Assembly: GCA_026394155.1 (NCBI GenBank)
Contig: JAPKYT010000109.1
Coordinates: 1 to 59,037, forward strand
Direction of reading: 5' to 3'
DNA: 59,037 nt
From: a bacterium
GTDB taxonomy: Bacteria; Electryoneota; RPQS01
The notes beneath the pieces are model-generated. The model saw only the letters and a list, made by a program, of their open reading frames with translations. It did not search any database and was not told the DNA's origin. The translations under genes were made by a program, and so were the position numbers. Below are positions 43,556-51,359 of this stretch, in pieces; positions within the stretch are counted from its first letter, which is position 1; every line of letters begins with the position of its first letter.

Positions 43556-44032
43556 TCAGCTCTTCCGGCTCTGCTCGGCCAGCTTCTGCCAGATTTCCCC
43601 GGGTGTGAGGTTCTGGCTGGTGCGGTAGGCGTCGAAGGCGGCCGCGTCCCAAATCACGAAATGGTTCCAGCGGCCCATGAAGATGACCTCACGGCCGATC
43701 CCGGCCTGCTTGAGAAGGGTCTGGGGCACGGTGATCCGGCCTTGGGTGTCCAATTGCCGCCAAGCCGCTTCCGACAGCAGGGCCGTGTCCCGGGCCAGAC
43801 TGTCGAGTGTGGCAAAACCCAGCACTGATGAGTCCGTTTGTTCCCAGACGGTATTGAACAAGTCGAGGGGGAAAGCGTTGAGGAAGGACGAGCTGCCGGG
43901 AAAGAGCACGATGGTTCCCTCATTCTCGGCGGGCATGGCATGACGGAAATCGGCGGGGATAGAAAGCCGGCCCTTGTCGTCAATCAGCCCGGCGTAGTGT
44001 CCGAGAAAGGGAATCTTGGCTTTGGTGGGCAT
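43556..44032 (-). CDS. mraZ: transcriptional regulator MraZ
   Basis: F.G.Y....D.KGRLSIPA.FR (first SpoVT-AbrB repeat) and LD.QGRITVPQ.LL..AGI.REV...G....F.IW (second repeat). It is the first gene of the dcw cluster. Confidence 0.93.
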   Translation of the reverse strand: MPTKAKIPFLGHYAGLIDDKGRLSIPADFRHAMPAENEGTIVLFPGSSSFLNAFPLDLFNTVWEQTDSSVLGFATLDSLARDTALLSEAAWRQLDTQGRITVPQTLLKQAGIGREVIFMGRWNHFVIWDAAAFDAYRTSQNLTPGEIWQKLAEQSRKS

Positions 44033-44070
44033 CTATGCCACTTTCTTCCAATCCATGGGAATTCGTTCCA

Positions 44071-44099
44071 AAGATACCCTGAATGACTCCTATTGTCAA
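44071..44099 (-). promoter_or_regulatory. sigma70-type promoter candidate for mraZ/dcw cluster
   Basis: The minus strand reads TTGACA (44099-44094), 17-nt spacer, TATCTT (44076-44071). It lies ~38 nt upstream of the mraZ ATG at 44032. Confidence 0.5.
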
Positions 44100-44437
44100 G
44101 CTCTTTCTCGACTGTTCACTGCTCTGTGGACAACCTCTAATGTTCCGCAATTCCGCAACATAGCGAGGCTTTGGGCTGCTTTCCCGGCAAGAGTGCGCGT
44201 TATTGAGAGGAATTCAGCCTCTCGTTTTTGTTGTAGTGTGTTTCGGACCGATTCAAACCGAACATTGCCGAGAGGCTTTGGTCAAGTTCTGAGCGGAACC
44301 GGAAACCGGACTTTCGACATTTGGCGAAGGCATGGAGGCCGGGCCAAAGCCATCTCATGTCTTTGCTGTGAGCACTTGCGTCATCTTGCCATCATACGGG
44401 AGTTTATGGTGTCAGAGCGTTTGTTCATGAGATCGTC

Positions 44438-45430
44438 ATGGTCACAACTCAGAGGTTGAAAGAGATGCTTGGCGCGGGGTGGACGTGCCGTGTTCTTGCC
44501 GGCGGCCTCCTCATGGCTTGCCTGCTGTCGGGGTGCAGCTCGGACGAAGGCGCCAACGGCTGGTCGTGGCGGCTTCTCTGGCCGCACGGAACCCGTCCAG
44601 TGGCCTCTCCCGCCTCTTCGGCTGTTCTCTTCACTCAGGAGCAGCCCCCGCCGGGCCTCTACCTGCTACTTCAGGGCACAGCCGCGCACCTGAATCCGGC
44701 CGGTCCGGCAGCGCGCACAGATTACGCTTGGTCAAGAGACGGCGCCCGCTTCTGCTTTTCGGGACCGGGTGAGGCGGGTGACCCTGATGCGGGGATTTTC
44801 GTCGCGTGGGCCTCCGCTCCCACCGAGTTTGAACGGCTTTGGGATCGGGGCTCGCATCCGCGCTTTCTTGCCGATGGTCAGGGCGTTGTGTGCGCGGGCC
44901 CGGAGGATGGCAGCGATGACGAAGGCATCTGGCGCATCACGCTGTCCAATCAGGCACGCGACAGCTTGCCTTTGGCTGAACGGGGCCTGAGCCCGGAAGT
45001 GTCGCCCGACGGGCTCAAGATCGCCTACCTGATGACCGGCGGCAACCTCGGGCGGATTCTGGTAGTGCTCAATTTAGAGACAACCCGGCGCGACACTCTG
45101 GTGAACGAAGTGCTGAACTACTCTTGGCTGGGGGACTCTCGTACGCTGGTCTTTGAGACATTCGTGGACGGCGTGCAGCAGGTTCACGTGATGGGCACGG
45201 GGGACAGTGCTGCGGTCACGGTGGCCGCGGGCACATTGCCGGCCGGATTCCCGCAGGGCACGGAATTCGTTTACACCGGACTGGAAGCGGATCGCATCGC
45301 CGGTCTGTGGATCGCCGCTCCCAATCGCCCGGAGGAGCGGATCAGCCTGACCGGAAGCTGGGCCGCTCCCGCGAGCGCAAACCGCATCGTGGCTCAGGAT
45401 AGCACCGGAATCATCGAACTGACGCGCTGA
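44438..45430 (+). CDS. lipoprotein with TolB-like PD40/WD40 beta-propeller repeats
   Basis: Lipobox LLMACLLSGC. Repeated ..S.DG..(I/F)A(F/Y).. segments (WSRDGARFCFSG, SPEVSPDGLKIAYLM, WLGDSRTLVFE). Confidence 0.7.
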   Translation: MVTTQRLKEMLGAGWTCRVLAGGLLMACLLSGCSSDEGANGWSWRLLWPHGTRPVASPASSAVLFTQEQPPPGLYLLLQGTAAHLNPAGPAARTDYAWSRDGARFCFSGPGEAGDPDAGIFVAWASAPTEFERLWDRGSHPRFLADGQGVVCAGPEDGSDDEGIWRITLSNQARDSLPLAERGLSPEVSPDGLKIAYLMTGGNLGRILVVLNLETTRRDTLVNEVLNYSWLGDSRTLVFETFVDGVQQVHVMGTGDSAAVTVAAGTLPAGFPQGTEFVYTGLEADRIAGLWIAAPNRPEERISLTGSWAAPASANRIVAQDSTGIIELTR

Positions 45431-45451
45431 GCCGCGCTCCATCGGCCAGCA

Positions 45452-45485
45452 GAAAACCCCGCCATCAAGGCGGGGTTTTCTGTTG
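45452..45485. terminator. bidirectional rho-independent terminator between convergent genes
   Basis: Perfect 12-bp stem gaaaaccccgcc (45452-45463) / ggcggggttttc (45469-45480), 5-nt loop, with A-run and T-run flanks. Confidence 0.8.
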
Positions 45486-45504
45486 TCTCCGCGGGATCGC
45501 GCGG

Positions 45505-46263
45505 TCACTTGTAGCGGGTGATCACATACGGGTGCTCATCCGCTTCGCCGGTGACGAACCGCCGCACGATGTTCATGTCCGTGGTTTGAGTTTCCTGCGG
45601 CGTGCCGGAAAAAATGATTTCACCCCCATGCAGCATCACGATGCGGTCCGAAACTTTGTAGGCCGATACCATGTCGTGCGTGACCACCACGGTCGTGACC
45701 TTGAGTTGGTGGTTGAGGTGAATGACAAGATCGTTGATGGAATCGGCGGTGATCGGATCGAGGCCGGTGGTCGGCTCATCGTAGAGAATGTAGGCCGGCT
45801 GCATGGCAATGGCTCGCGCCAGCCCCACGCGCTTCTTCATGCCGCCGGAGAGTTCGGACGGCTTCAGCTTCTGCGTGCCCTCCATGCTCACCATGCGCAG
45901 GCACTCGGTCACGCGCTCGGAGACTTGCGCCGCCGTCATGGTGGTGTGGGTGCGCAGGGCCAGACTGACATTCTCTTCGACGGTCATGGAATCGAACAGC
46001 GCGGATCCCTGAAAGAGCACGCCGAACTTCTTGCGGATCTCATACAGGTTCTTGCGGCGGGCGCCGGTGATGCGCTCGCCGTCCACCACCACCTCGCCCG
46101 CATCCGGTTCCAGAAGACCCACCAGATGCTTGAGCAGCACCGACTTGCCGCAGCCGGATTGCCCAATGATGGTGATGGATTCGCCGGTCTGAATCGCCAG
46201 ATTCACCCCGCGCAGAACGTGCTTCTCCCCGAAGGTCTTGTGCAGGTTGCGGACTTCGATCAT
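45505..46263 (-). CDS. mlaF: MlaF-like ABC transporter ATP-binding protein
   Basis: MIEVRNLHKTFGEKHVLRGVNL.I..GE...IIG.SG.GKSVLLKH.VGLL.PD.G.V.VDG, LSGGM.KRVGLARA.A..P...LYDEPTTGLDP, .VTHD. Confidence 0.88.
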   Translation of the reverse strand: MIEVRNLHKTFGEKHVLRGVNLAIQTGESITIIGQSGCGKSVLLKHLVGLLEPDAGEVVVDGERITGARRKNLYEIRKKFGVLFQGSALFDSMTVEENVSLALRTHTTMTAAQVSERVTECLRMVSMEGTQKLKPSELSGGMKKRVGLARAIAMQPAYILYDEPTTGLDPITADSINDLVIHLNHQLKVTTVVVTHDMVSAYKVSDRIVMLHGGEIIFSGTPQETQTTDMNIVRRFVTGEADEHPYVITRYK

Positions 46264-46299
46264 CGGGAGGTCTCTTCGCGGATGGTGGGGAAGGGGGGA

Positions 46300-47082
46300 C
46301 TAAAACAGGATGATGGCAAGAACGAAATCGAGGACCAGAATCGTGATGCAGCTCCACACAAAGGCGGTAATGGTGGCCGCGCCCACGCCTTCCGCGCCGC
46401 CTTCCGTGCGAAACCCGATATAGCAGCCGATGATGGACGCGCTCAGTCCGAAAAAGACGGACTTGAAAAGGCCGGCGAAAATGTCATAGAGGTGAAAAAA
46501 GTTCGGAATCAATCCCCAAAACTGATGACCGGACATGCCCATGATGGCCGTCAGGACAAAAGCCGCGCCGCCCATGCCGATGGTCACCGACTGAATCACC
46601 AAGATGGGCATCATCACCGTCATAGCGGCGATGCGCGGAACCGCCAGATAGCGTACGCTGGAAATGGCCATGGACTCGAGCGCGTCCACCTGCTCGGTAA
46701 CTTTCATGGTGCCGATTTCGGCGGCAATGGACGCCGACACCCGTCCCGCGATCACCAGACCGGTCAAGGCCGGGCCCAGTTCGAGCATCAGCGATTTCCA
46801 CACTCCCGGCCCGATGAGGTCGAACGGCATGTAGCCCTCGAGCTGGTAGTGAGCCTGCCATCCGGTCACCGCCCCGGTGAAGATTCCAACCAGCAGCACC
46901 AGCGGCAGACTCTCCGTGCCGAGGGTTACACACTCTTGAAGGAACAGGCCGCGATCGCGGAATAGACCGCCTATTTCCGAAATCACGCGCCGCATCAGGG
47001 CGGCCACCCGCGCCAGCTCAATGAGGAAGGCGATGGTGCGCCGTCCGAATTGCTGAACCAGTTGCTCGGGAGGACTGGCCAT
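46300..47082 (-). CDS. mlaE: MlaE-like ABC transporter permease
   Basis: About 260 aa with 5-6 TM segments. ....GP.LT.L..AGR..S...AEIG.MKVTEQ.DAL..M....V.YL..PR..A is the MlaE/YrbE family signature. It lies directly upstream of mlaF. Confidence 0.88.
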   Translation of the reverse strand: MASPPEQLVQQFGRRTIAFLIELARVAALMRRVISEIGGLFRDRGLFLQECVTLGTESLPLVLLVGIFTGAVTGWQAHYQLEGYMPFDLIGPGVWKSLMLELGPALTGLVIAGRVSASIAAEIGTMKVTEQVDALESMAISSVRYLAVPRIAAMTVMMPILVIQSVTIGMGGAAFVLTAIMGMSGHQFWGLIPNFFHLYDIFAGLFKSVFFGLSASIIGCYIGFRTEGGAEGVGAATITAFVWSCITILVLDFVLAIILF

Positions 47083-47088
47083 GTGCTC

Positions 47089-50000
47089 TCAGTATTCCGA
47101 ACCGAGGGAGACGAAATAGCGCGGTTTCGAGGTGTCCACGCCGTCGGTGGACCAAGCGACGTCCCAGCGGAGCACGAACAGGCCCAGCCACGCGCGCAGC
47201 CCCAGCCCGTAGGCGATCTGCGGATCAGCCAGCCGCCGTGTGCCGTTCGCATCCACCTGTGAGAGCTTGAACTGCCGGTCGTTCCATGCTGCGCCCATGT
47301 CGGTAAAGAGCGCGCCTCGGATGTCGCGCAGGGTCAGAGGCAGTGGCCAGCGGAAGCGCAGCGTCTCGACGGCCGGAAAGCGAAATTCCTGATTGGTGAG
47401 AAAGAAACGGTGGCCGGTCCCGCGCTTCTCGAAGTAGTCGCCGCCGCGGAACGGCATGACAAAGCTGGCGAAATAGAAATCGTCAATGTTGTCCGGTATC
47501 TGGTTGTTCTCGAAGCGGCGATTGATCCAGTTGGACACGCCGCCGAGGAAGAAGTCCTGCGGGTTGCGGCCGCCCGACAGCCCGGCCGTCACCCGCGAGG
47601 CCCACGAATAGTCGTGCCCCAGCCGGATGTAGTCGCGCAAATCCCCCTTGACCGTGTAGAACTCGGCGAACGGCTTATTGACCACGCCGTTGGTGCCCAG
47701 AGGCGGGCTGTAGGCGTAGGAGAAGCGATAACGCGATCCGTTCACCGGCCCGGTGATTCCCCACATCACGGTGTCATGGATGTAGGCCAACTCCGGCAGC
47801 AGCACCCGCCGGCGCAGCGTGTCAACGTAGTCTTCTGTCGGGTAGTCCTTCCATTTCGCGCGGTCAATGGCATAGAAACCGACGTTCATCTCGGCGCGTG
47901 CGTACTTCGAGAACGGATAGGCCGCGTCCAGCTCGCATTGCATGGTCTTGTCCTGCAGATTGCCGCCGTCCAGATAGTACACGTAGCGAAACAGGCCCAC
48001 CCCGTAGTTGATCCGTCGCGGCAGATAGAAGTACTGGATCGAGAAATTCGTGTTGTCGAGGTGGTTGAAATCGTAATAGAGATCGGTATTGACGAAGATG
48101 AGCTGATTGCCGAGCACGTCCGAGAGCAGGATTTGCCCCGTGCCCTGCGCGCCGAAAAACGAGCTGTAAGCGGCCGCGGCGTGCACAAAATCGGGCGTGA
48201 ACTTCACCTTGTACTTCTTGTTGAAGAAGCCGCCGCCGGGTTTGCGGGTGGTGCTGGTGTCGGCCATGGCCCGGTCACGCACGTCCGCGCCTTCCTGCGC
48301 CGCGCCTTGCGAGAAGACGTAGTTAGCGTAGGGCCGCAGATCGGTGCGAACATCCACCGCCGACGTTTCGTGCCGGTCCGCCGCCGTCTCGGAACGCGGC
48401 TCGGGACTGCCGTGCAGGCGGAAGTTGGTGGGCTTCAGTTCCAGAGCGGGTGCGTCCTGCACGTTCTTCAGCACGAACACGTCATAGCCGCCGTTGTAGA
48501 GCGCGGTGAAGGCCAGACGCTGCGTGTTCAGCGACGAACTGGGTCTGAGGCAGCCGGTGAGGCAGTTGGTGATGGCATCACTGCGCCGCGATTCCAGATC
48601 GTAGCGGTAGAGATTGAAAATGCCGTTGTCGTCGGAGGAGTAGACGAAATACCTGCCGCCCGTCAGAAAGGTTGGTGTGCGCTCGCTGGCCGGTGTGAAG
48701 GTCAGCCGCTCGGCGAGCGAATCCCCGGGGCGGATGCGGTAAAGATCGGTGTGACGGTAGTTCAACCTCCAGATGCGAAGGTCGGGATCGTAACTCCGGA
48801 CCCGCAGCGAGTCCTGCCGGTCCGACGCAAACAACAGAACGCTTCCGTCCGGCGACCACGCGGGATCGTCATCGGAGAAAACATCGTCCGTCACCGGAAC
48901 GAGTCGCTCGCTCTTCAGCTCGTAATAGTAGAGATCCGACTGGCCGCTGTGCATGCCCACCAATGCGATCTTGGTTCCGTCGGGGGACCACACCGGATTG
49001 AACACTCCGTCGAGATCGAAGCGCAACCGCTTGGTCACTTTGCGCTTTTTCACGTCAAGCACGTTGACCGCATCGCGATCTCCGGCTTTGGTGGCGAAGG
49101 CGACGAACTTGCCGTCCGGCGACCACGAGATGCGCGCGTCCAGCCATTTCAACTGCTCGTAATCGCCGCTGCGCTCGCCGCGCAGAAGCCGCGTCAGTTT
49201 GCCGGAATCCAGCTCTAACAGCCAGATATCGAAGTAGTCCGAGCGATCCGAAAGGAAAGCGATCTGCGTGCCGTCGGGCGAAATGGCCGCACCGGTGTTC
49301 ACGAAATTCTTCCACTCGGTGTGATCGGTGACGCGCTCGGCAAACTCCGTGGGCGGGCGCAGGTCGGCCACCGTCGGCCAGTAAATCCGCCGCAGCCAGT
49401 TCTGCCACTGGCGGTTGAATTCTTCTTCGTCTACGCCCACCACCTGCCGGAGAGCCCGTTCCACGCTGCCCGTGCTCTTCACCTTGTTGACGAATTCGCC
49501 GACCTTCTCGCGGCCGTAGGTGCGGTCCAGATAATAGAAAACCGATTGGCCGCCTTTGTAGGCGAAGTAGCCGCCCAGAAGATCCATAGGCGGCAAGTAG
49601 CCCGAAATGGTCGCGTCGCGCATGAACATGTCCGCTTCCACGTCCCATCCGTGCCGGCTTTCGTATTCGGCCAAACCTTCGGTGAACCAAAGCGGAATGT
49701 CCGAGGTGGTGGCCCCCATGAGAATGGACTGAAAGCCGGTTCCGTAGAACATGCGCAAATTGACCGCATGCGTGACTTCGTGATGGATCACATGACGGTA
49801 ATCTTCATAGTTGCCGCTGAAGGGGATGACTACCCGGTTCTTGAGGAATTCGGTGAAGCCGCCCACCGACTCTTCGGGCATTTCCAGACTCACGTTCGTC
49901 TGCTGGAAATTGTTGTGCGAGCGGTAGGTGACGATGGTGATCCGGCCGTCGAGATCGTAGTTCCAGCTCTTTTCGATCTGCTGCAAGGCCTCTTCCGCGG

Positions 50001-50193
50001 TCTCGGCGGTGAACTCCGCCAACAGCTCGGCGCCCCGGGCAAAGTACACGTCGAAATGTTCCGACTGGACATACCTCCAGTCGAACTTCTCGTATTGAAC
50101 CTTGTTCTTGCCGAACCCCTGCCCCAGCGCAACGGCGGCCAGAGCCAGTATCAGCAAGTACGCCAGCGCAGACTTCATGCGCAGAAACTCCAT
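47089..50193 (-). CDS. giant outer-membrane protein: signal peptide, MA-clan (gluzincin-like) peptidase domain, PD40/TolB beta-propeller repeats, Omp85/BamA-like C-terminal beta-barrel
   Basis: Signal MKSALAYLLILALAAVALGQ (ATG at 50178 or 50193). HHEVTHAV..(~30 aa)..FTEGLAEYES is HExxH plus a downstream E. At least four PD40 repeats (ISPDGTQIAFLSDR, SWSPDGKFVAFAT, WSPDGTKIALVG, AWSPDGSVLLFASDR). The C-terminal ~350 aa show alternating hydrophobic strands and end ..RYFVSLGSEY (aromatic terminal residue). Confidence 0.8.
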   Translation of the reverse strand: MEFLRMKSALAYLLILALAAVALGQGFGKNKVQYEKFDWRYVQSEHFDVYFARGAELLAEFTAETAEEALQQIEKSWNYDLDGRITIVTYRSHNNFQQTNVSLEMPEESVGGFTEFLKNRVVIPFSGNYEDYRHVIHHEVTHAVNLRMFYGTGFQSILMGATTSDIPLWFTEGLAEYESRHGWDVEADMFMRDATISGYLPPMDLLGGYFAYKGGQSVFYYLDRTYGREKVGEFVNKVKSTGSVERALRQVVGVDEEEFNRQWQNWLRRIYWPTVADLRPPTEFAERVTDHTEWKNFVNTGAAISPDGTQIAFLSDRSDYFDIWLLELDSGKLTRLLRGERSGDYEQLKWLDARISWSPDGKFVAFATKAGDRDAVNVLDVKKRKVTKRLRFDLDGVFNPVWSPDGTKIALVGMHSGQSDLYYYELKSERLVPVTDDVFSDDDPAWSPDGSVLLFASDRQDSLRVRSYDPDLRIWRLNYRHTDLYRIRPGDSLAERLTFTPASERTPTFLTGGRYFVYSSDDNGIFNLYRYDLESRRSDAITNCLTGCLRPSSSLNTQRLAFTALYNGGYDVFVLKNVQDAPALELKPTNFRLHGSPEPRSETAADRHETSAVDVRTDLRPYANYVFSQGAAQEGADVRDRAMADTSTTRKPGGGFFNKKYKVKFTPDFVHAAAAYSSFFGAQGTGQILLSDVLGNQLIFVNTDLYYDFNHLDNTNFSIQYFYLPRRINYGVGLFRYVYYLDGGNLQDKTMQCELDAAYPFSKYARAEMNVGFYAIDRAKWKDYPTEDYVDTLRRRVLLPELAYIHDTVMWGITGPVNGSRYRFSYAYSPPLGTNGVVNKPFAEFYTVKGDLRDYIRLGHDYSWASRVTAGLSGGRNPQDFFLGGVSNWINRRFENNQIPDNIDDFYFASFVMPFRGGDYFEKRGTGHRFFLTNQEFRFPAVETLRFRWPLPLTLRDIRGALFTDMGAAWNDRQFKLSQVDANGTRRLADPQIAYGLGLRAWLGLFVLRWDVAWSTDGVDTSKPRYFVSLGSEY

Positions 50194-50277
50194 GCGGGGG
50201 AATTCTTCATCATGCTATGCCACACCTAATTAGAGTCTCTTCGGGCCGATTAGTTCCCCGTAGGGTGTCGCGAGTTC

Positions 50278-50311
50278 ATAAGAAACACGCCCTAAAGTCT
50301 GGCTTCAGGGC
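50278..50311 (-). terminator. terminator candidate after the HTH-REC regulator gene
   Basis: The minus strand reads GCCCUGAAG-ccaga-CUUUAGGGC (one G-U pair) followed by GUGUUUCUUAU. It lies 30 nt beyond the stop at 50341. Confidence 0.5.
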
Positions 50312-50340
50312 GGTCTTAATGATCCCCGACGGCTCGAGCC

Positions 50341-50907
50341 TCAAGAAGGCCCCAAGACCTCCTCCACCATGGCCAGCAACTCATCGGTCTTGATGGGCTT
50401 GGTCAGGTAGTTGTACGCTCCCTCCTTGATGACCTGCACGGTGTCTTCAATCTTCGGATATCCGGTGAGAATAACGACCACTGCCTGCGGATCCACCGTG
50501 CGGATCTCACGAAATACATCAATCCCGCTCTTTCCCCGCAGTTTCACATCGAGGAAAGTCAGGGCGGGAGCCTTTTCCGTATGGATTCTGACCGCCTCAT
50601 CTCCGGTGGTGGTGGTGAGCACTTCGTAGCCCGCGGCCTGCAGGAGGTCGGACATGACCTGCAAGATCATCGTGTCGTCGTCCACGACCAGCACCGTCCG
50701 CGACCGCGGCCCGGATTCCGCCAAGCGCTGCTTTTCGATGTTCAGCTTGATTTCTTCAACGTTGCGAGCATCGTAGAGCCGCCAGCCTCGCCAGTCGCGA
50801 CGCACCTTGGTGATGAGACCCTCGCGTTCCCACTTGAAGAGAGTGGACTTGGAGATCTGGAGCTGTTCGCAGACCTCCTTGGAGGAGTAGAACTTGCCTT
50901 CGGTCAT
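50341..50907 (-). CDS. response regulator with N-terminal MerR/excisionase-type HTH and C-terminal receiver domain
   Basis: HTH_17-like: FYSSKEVCEQLQISKSTLFKWEREGLITKVRRDWRGWRLYDARNVEEI. REC: TVLVVDDDTMILQVMSDLL..AGYEV......DEA........PALTFLDVKL.G.SGIDV...I......VVILTGY........IKEGAYNYLTKP. ATG at 50907. Confidence 0.8.
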   Translation of the reverse strand: MTEGKFYSSKEVCEQLQISKSTLFKWEREGLITKVRRDWRGWRLYDARNVEEIKLNIEKQRLAESGPRSRTVLVVDDDTMILQVMSDLLQAAGYEVLTTTTGDEAVRIHTEKAPALTFLDVKLRGKSGIDVFREIRTVDPQAVVVILTGYPKIEDTVQVIKEGAYNYLTKPIKTDELLAMVEEVLGPS

Positions 50908-50934
50908 GGGACGTCGTTTGGTTGAAGCGTTCAA

Positions 50935-50947
50935 TATAGTAACTATA
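50935..50947. promoter_or_regulatory. 13-bp perfect palindrome upstream of the HTH-REC gene (candidate operator)
   Basis: TATAGT-A-ACTATA lies 28 nt upstream of the ATG at 50907. It is flanked by direct CAATATA copies at 50932-50938 and 50951-50957. Confidence 0.3.
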
Positions 50948-51046
50948 CTCCAATATACGTTGGCCATTCGGCAAAATCAAGTCAAGACCCGCACTTCGCC
51001 ACTGTCACCCGGCCGCCAGTTTGAGCGGCGCGGATGTCCATAAGGG

Positions 51047-51214
51047 TCACTTGGACTCTTTGTCACCCTTCGAGTCATCGTCGCCGCGAAGCCCCTCCTT
51101 GAACTCGCGTGCGCCGCGCCCGAGGCCGCGCAGGAGTTCGGGAATGCGCTTCGCACCGAAGAGCAGCAAAAGTATGACCACAATGAGTATTATCTCAACC
51201 CAGCCAAGGCGCAT
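51047..51214 (-). CDS. tatA: twin-arginine translocase subunit TatA/E (55 aa; below the ORF-track length cut-off)
   Basis: My own minus-strand translation gives MRLGWVEIILIVVILLLLFGAKRIPELLRGLGRGAREFKEGLRGDDDSKGDKESK-stop. The TM helix, the FG hinge and the amphipathic helix (..LLLFG.KR.PEL.R.LG....EFK) are the TatA signature. RBS GGAGAGGTG lies 4 nt upstream. Confidence 0.85.
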   Translation of the reverse strand: MRLGWVEIILIVVILLLLFGAKRIPELLRGLGRGAREFKEGLRGDDDSKGDKESK

Positions 51215-51250
51215 GGCTCACCTCTCCACGTTGACACCTGTTATCTTCAG

Positions 51251-51279
51251 AATTTACTGATTTCCCGACCGGATTTCAA
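51251..51279 (-). promoter_or_regulatory. sigma70-type promoter candidate for tatA
   Basis: The minus strand reads TTGAAA (51279-51274), 17-nt spacer, TAAATT (51256-51251). It lies ~36 nt upstream of the tatA ATG. Confidence 0.45.
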
Positions 51280-51359
51280 GTAAAATGTTAATGCCCCGCT
51301 TCGCATGAAGAAACGGGGCAGAATCCATATGGCACCGTCAATGTGCTGTTTTATAAACA

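Noticed and set aside
44016-44459. 147-aa plus-strand ORF covering the mraZ upstream spacer.
   Set aside because: It overlaps the mraZ start and the lipoprotein gene start. Its composition is unlike the local coding sequence, it has no motifs, and it spans a promoter candidate and a terminator-like hairpin.
9585-49218. Very long ORFs antisense to or overlapping well-supported genes: 9585-10982 (465 aa, opposite metG), 14710-16686 (658 aa, opposite the M1 peptidase), 20207-21895 and 21729-22931 (opposite pyrC and the lipoprotein), 26616-27800 (opposite ftsZ), 34425-36662 (745 aa, opposite murD/mraY), 45532-46965 and 47410-49218 (opposite mlaF/mlaE and the giant OM protein).
   Set aside because: Their translations are Arg/Gly/Ala/His-rich with no recognisable motifs. 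The opposite strand encodes textbook proteins. Long stop-free antisense frames are the expected artefact of ~65% GC with GC-rich third positions.
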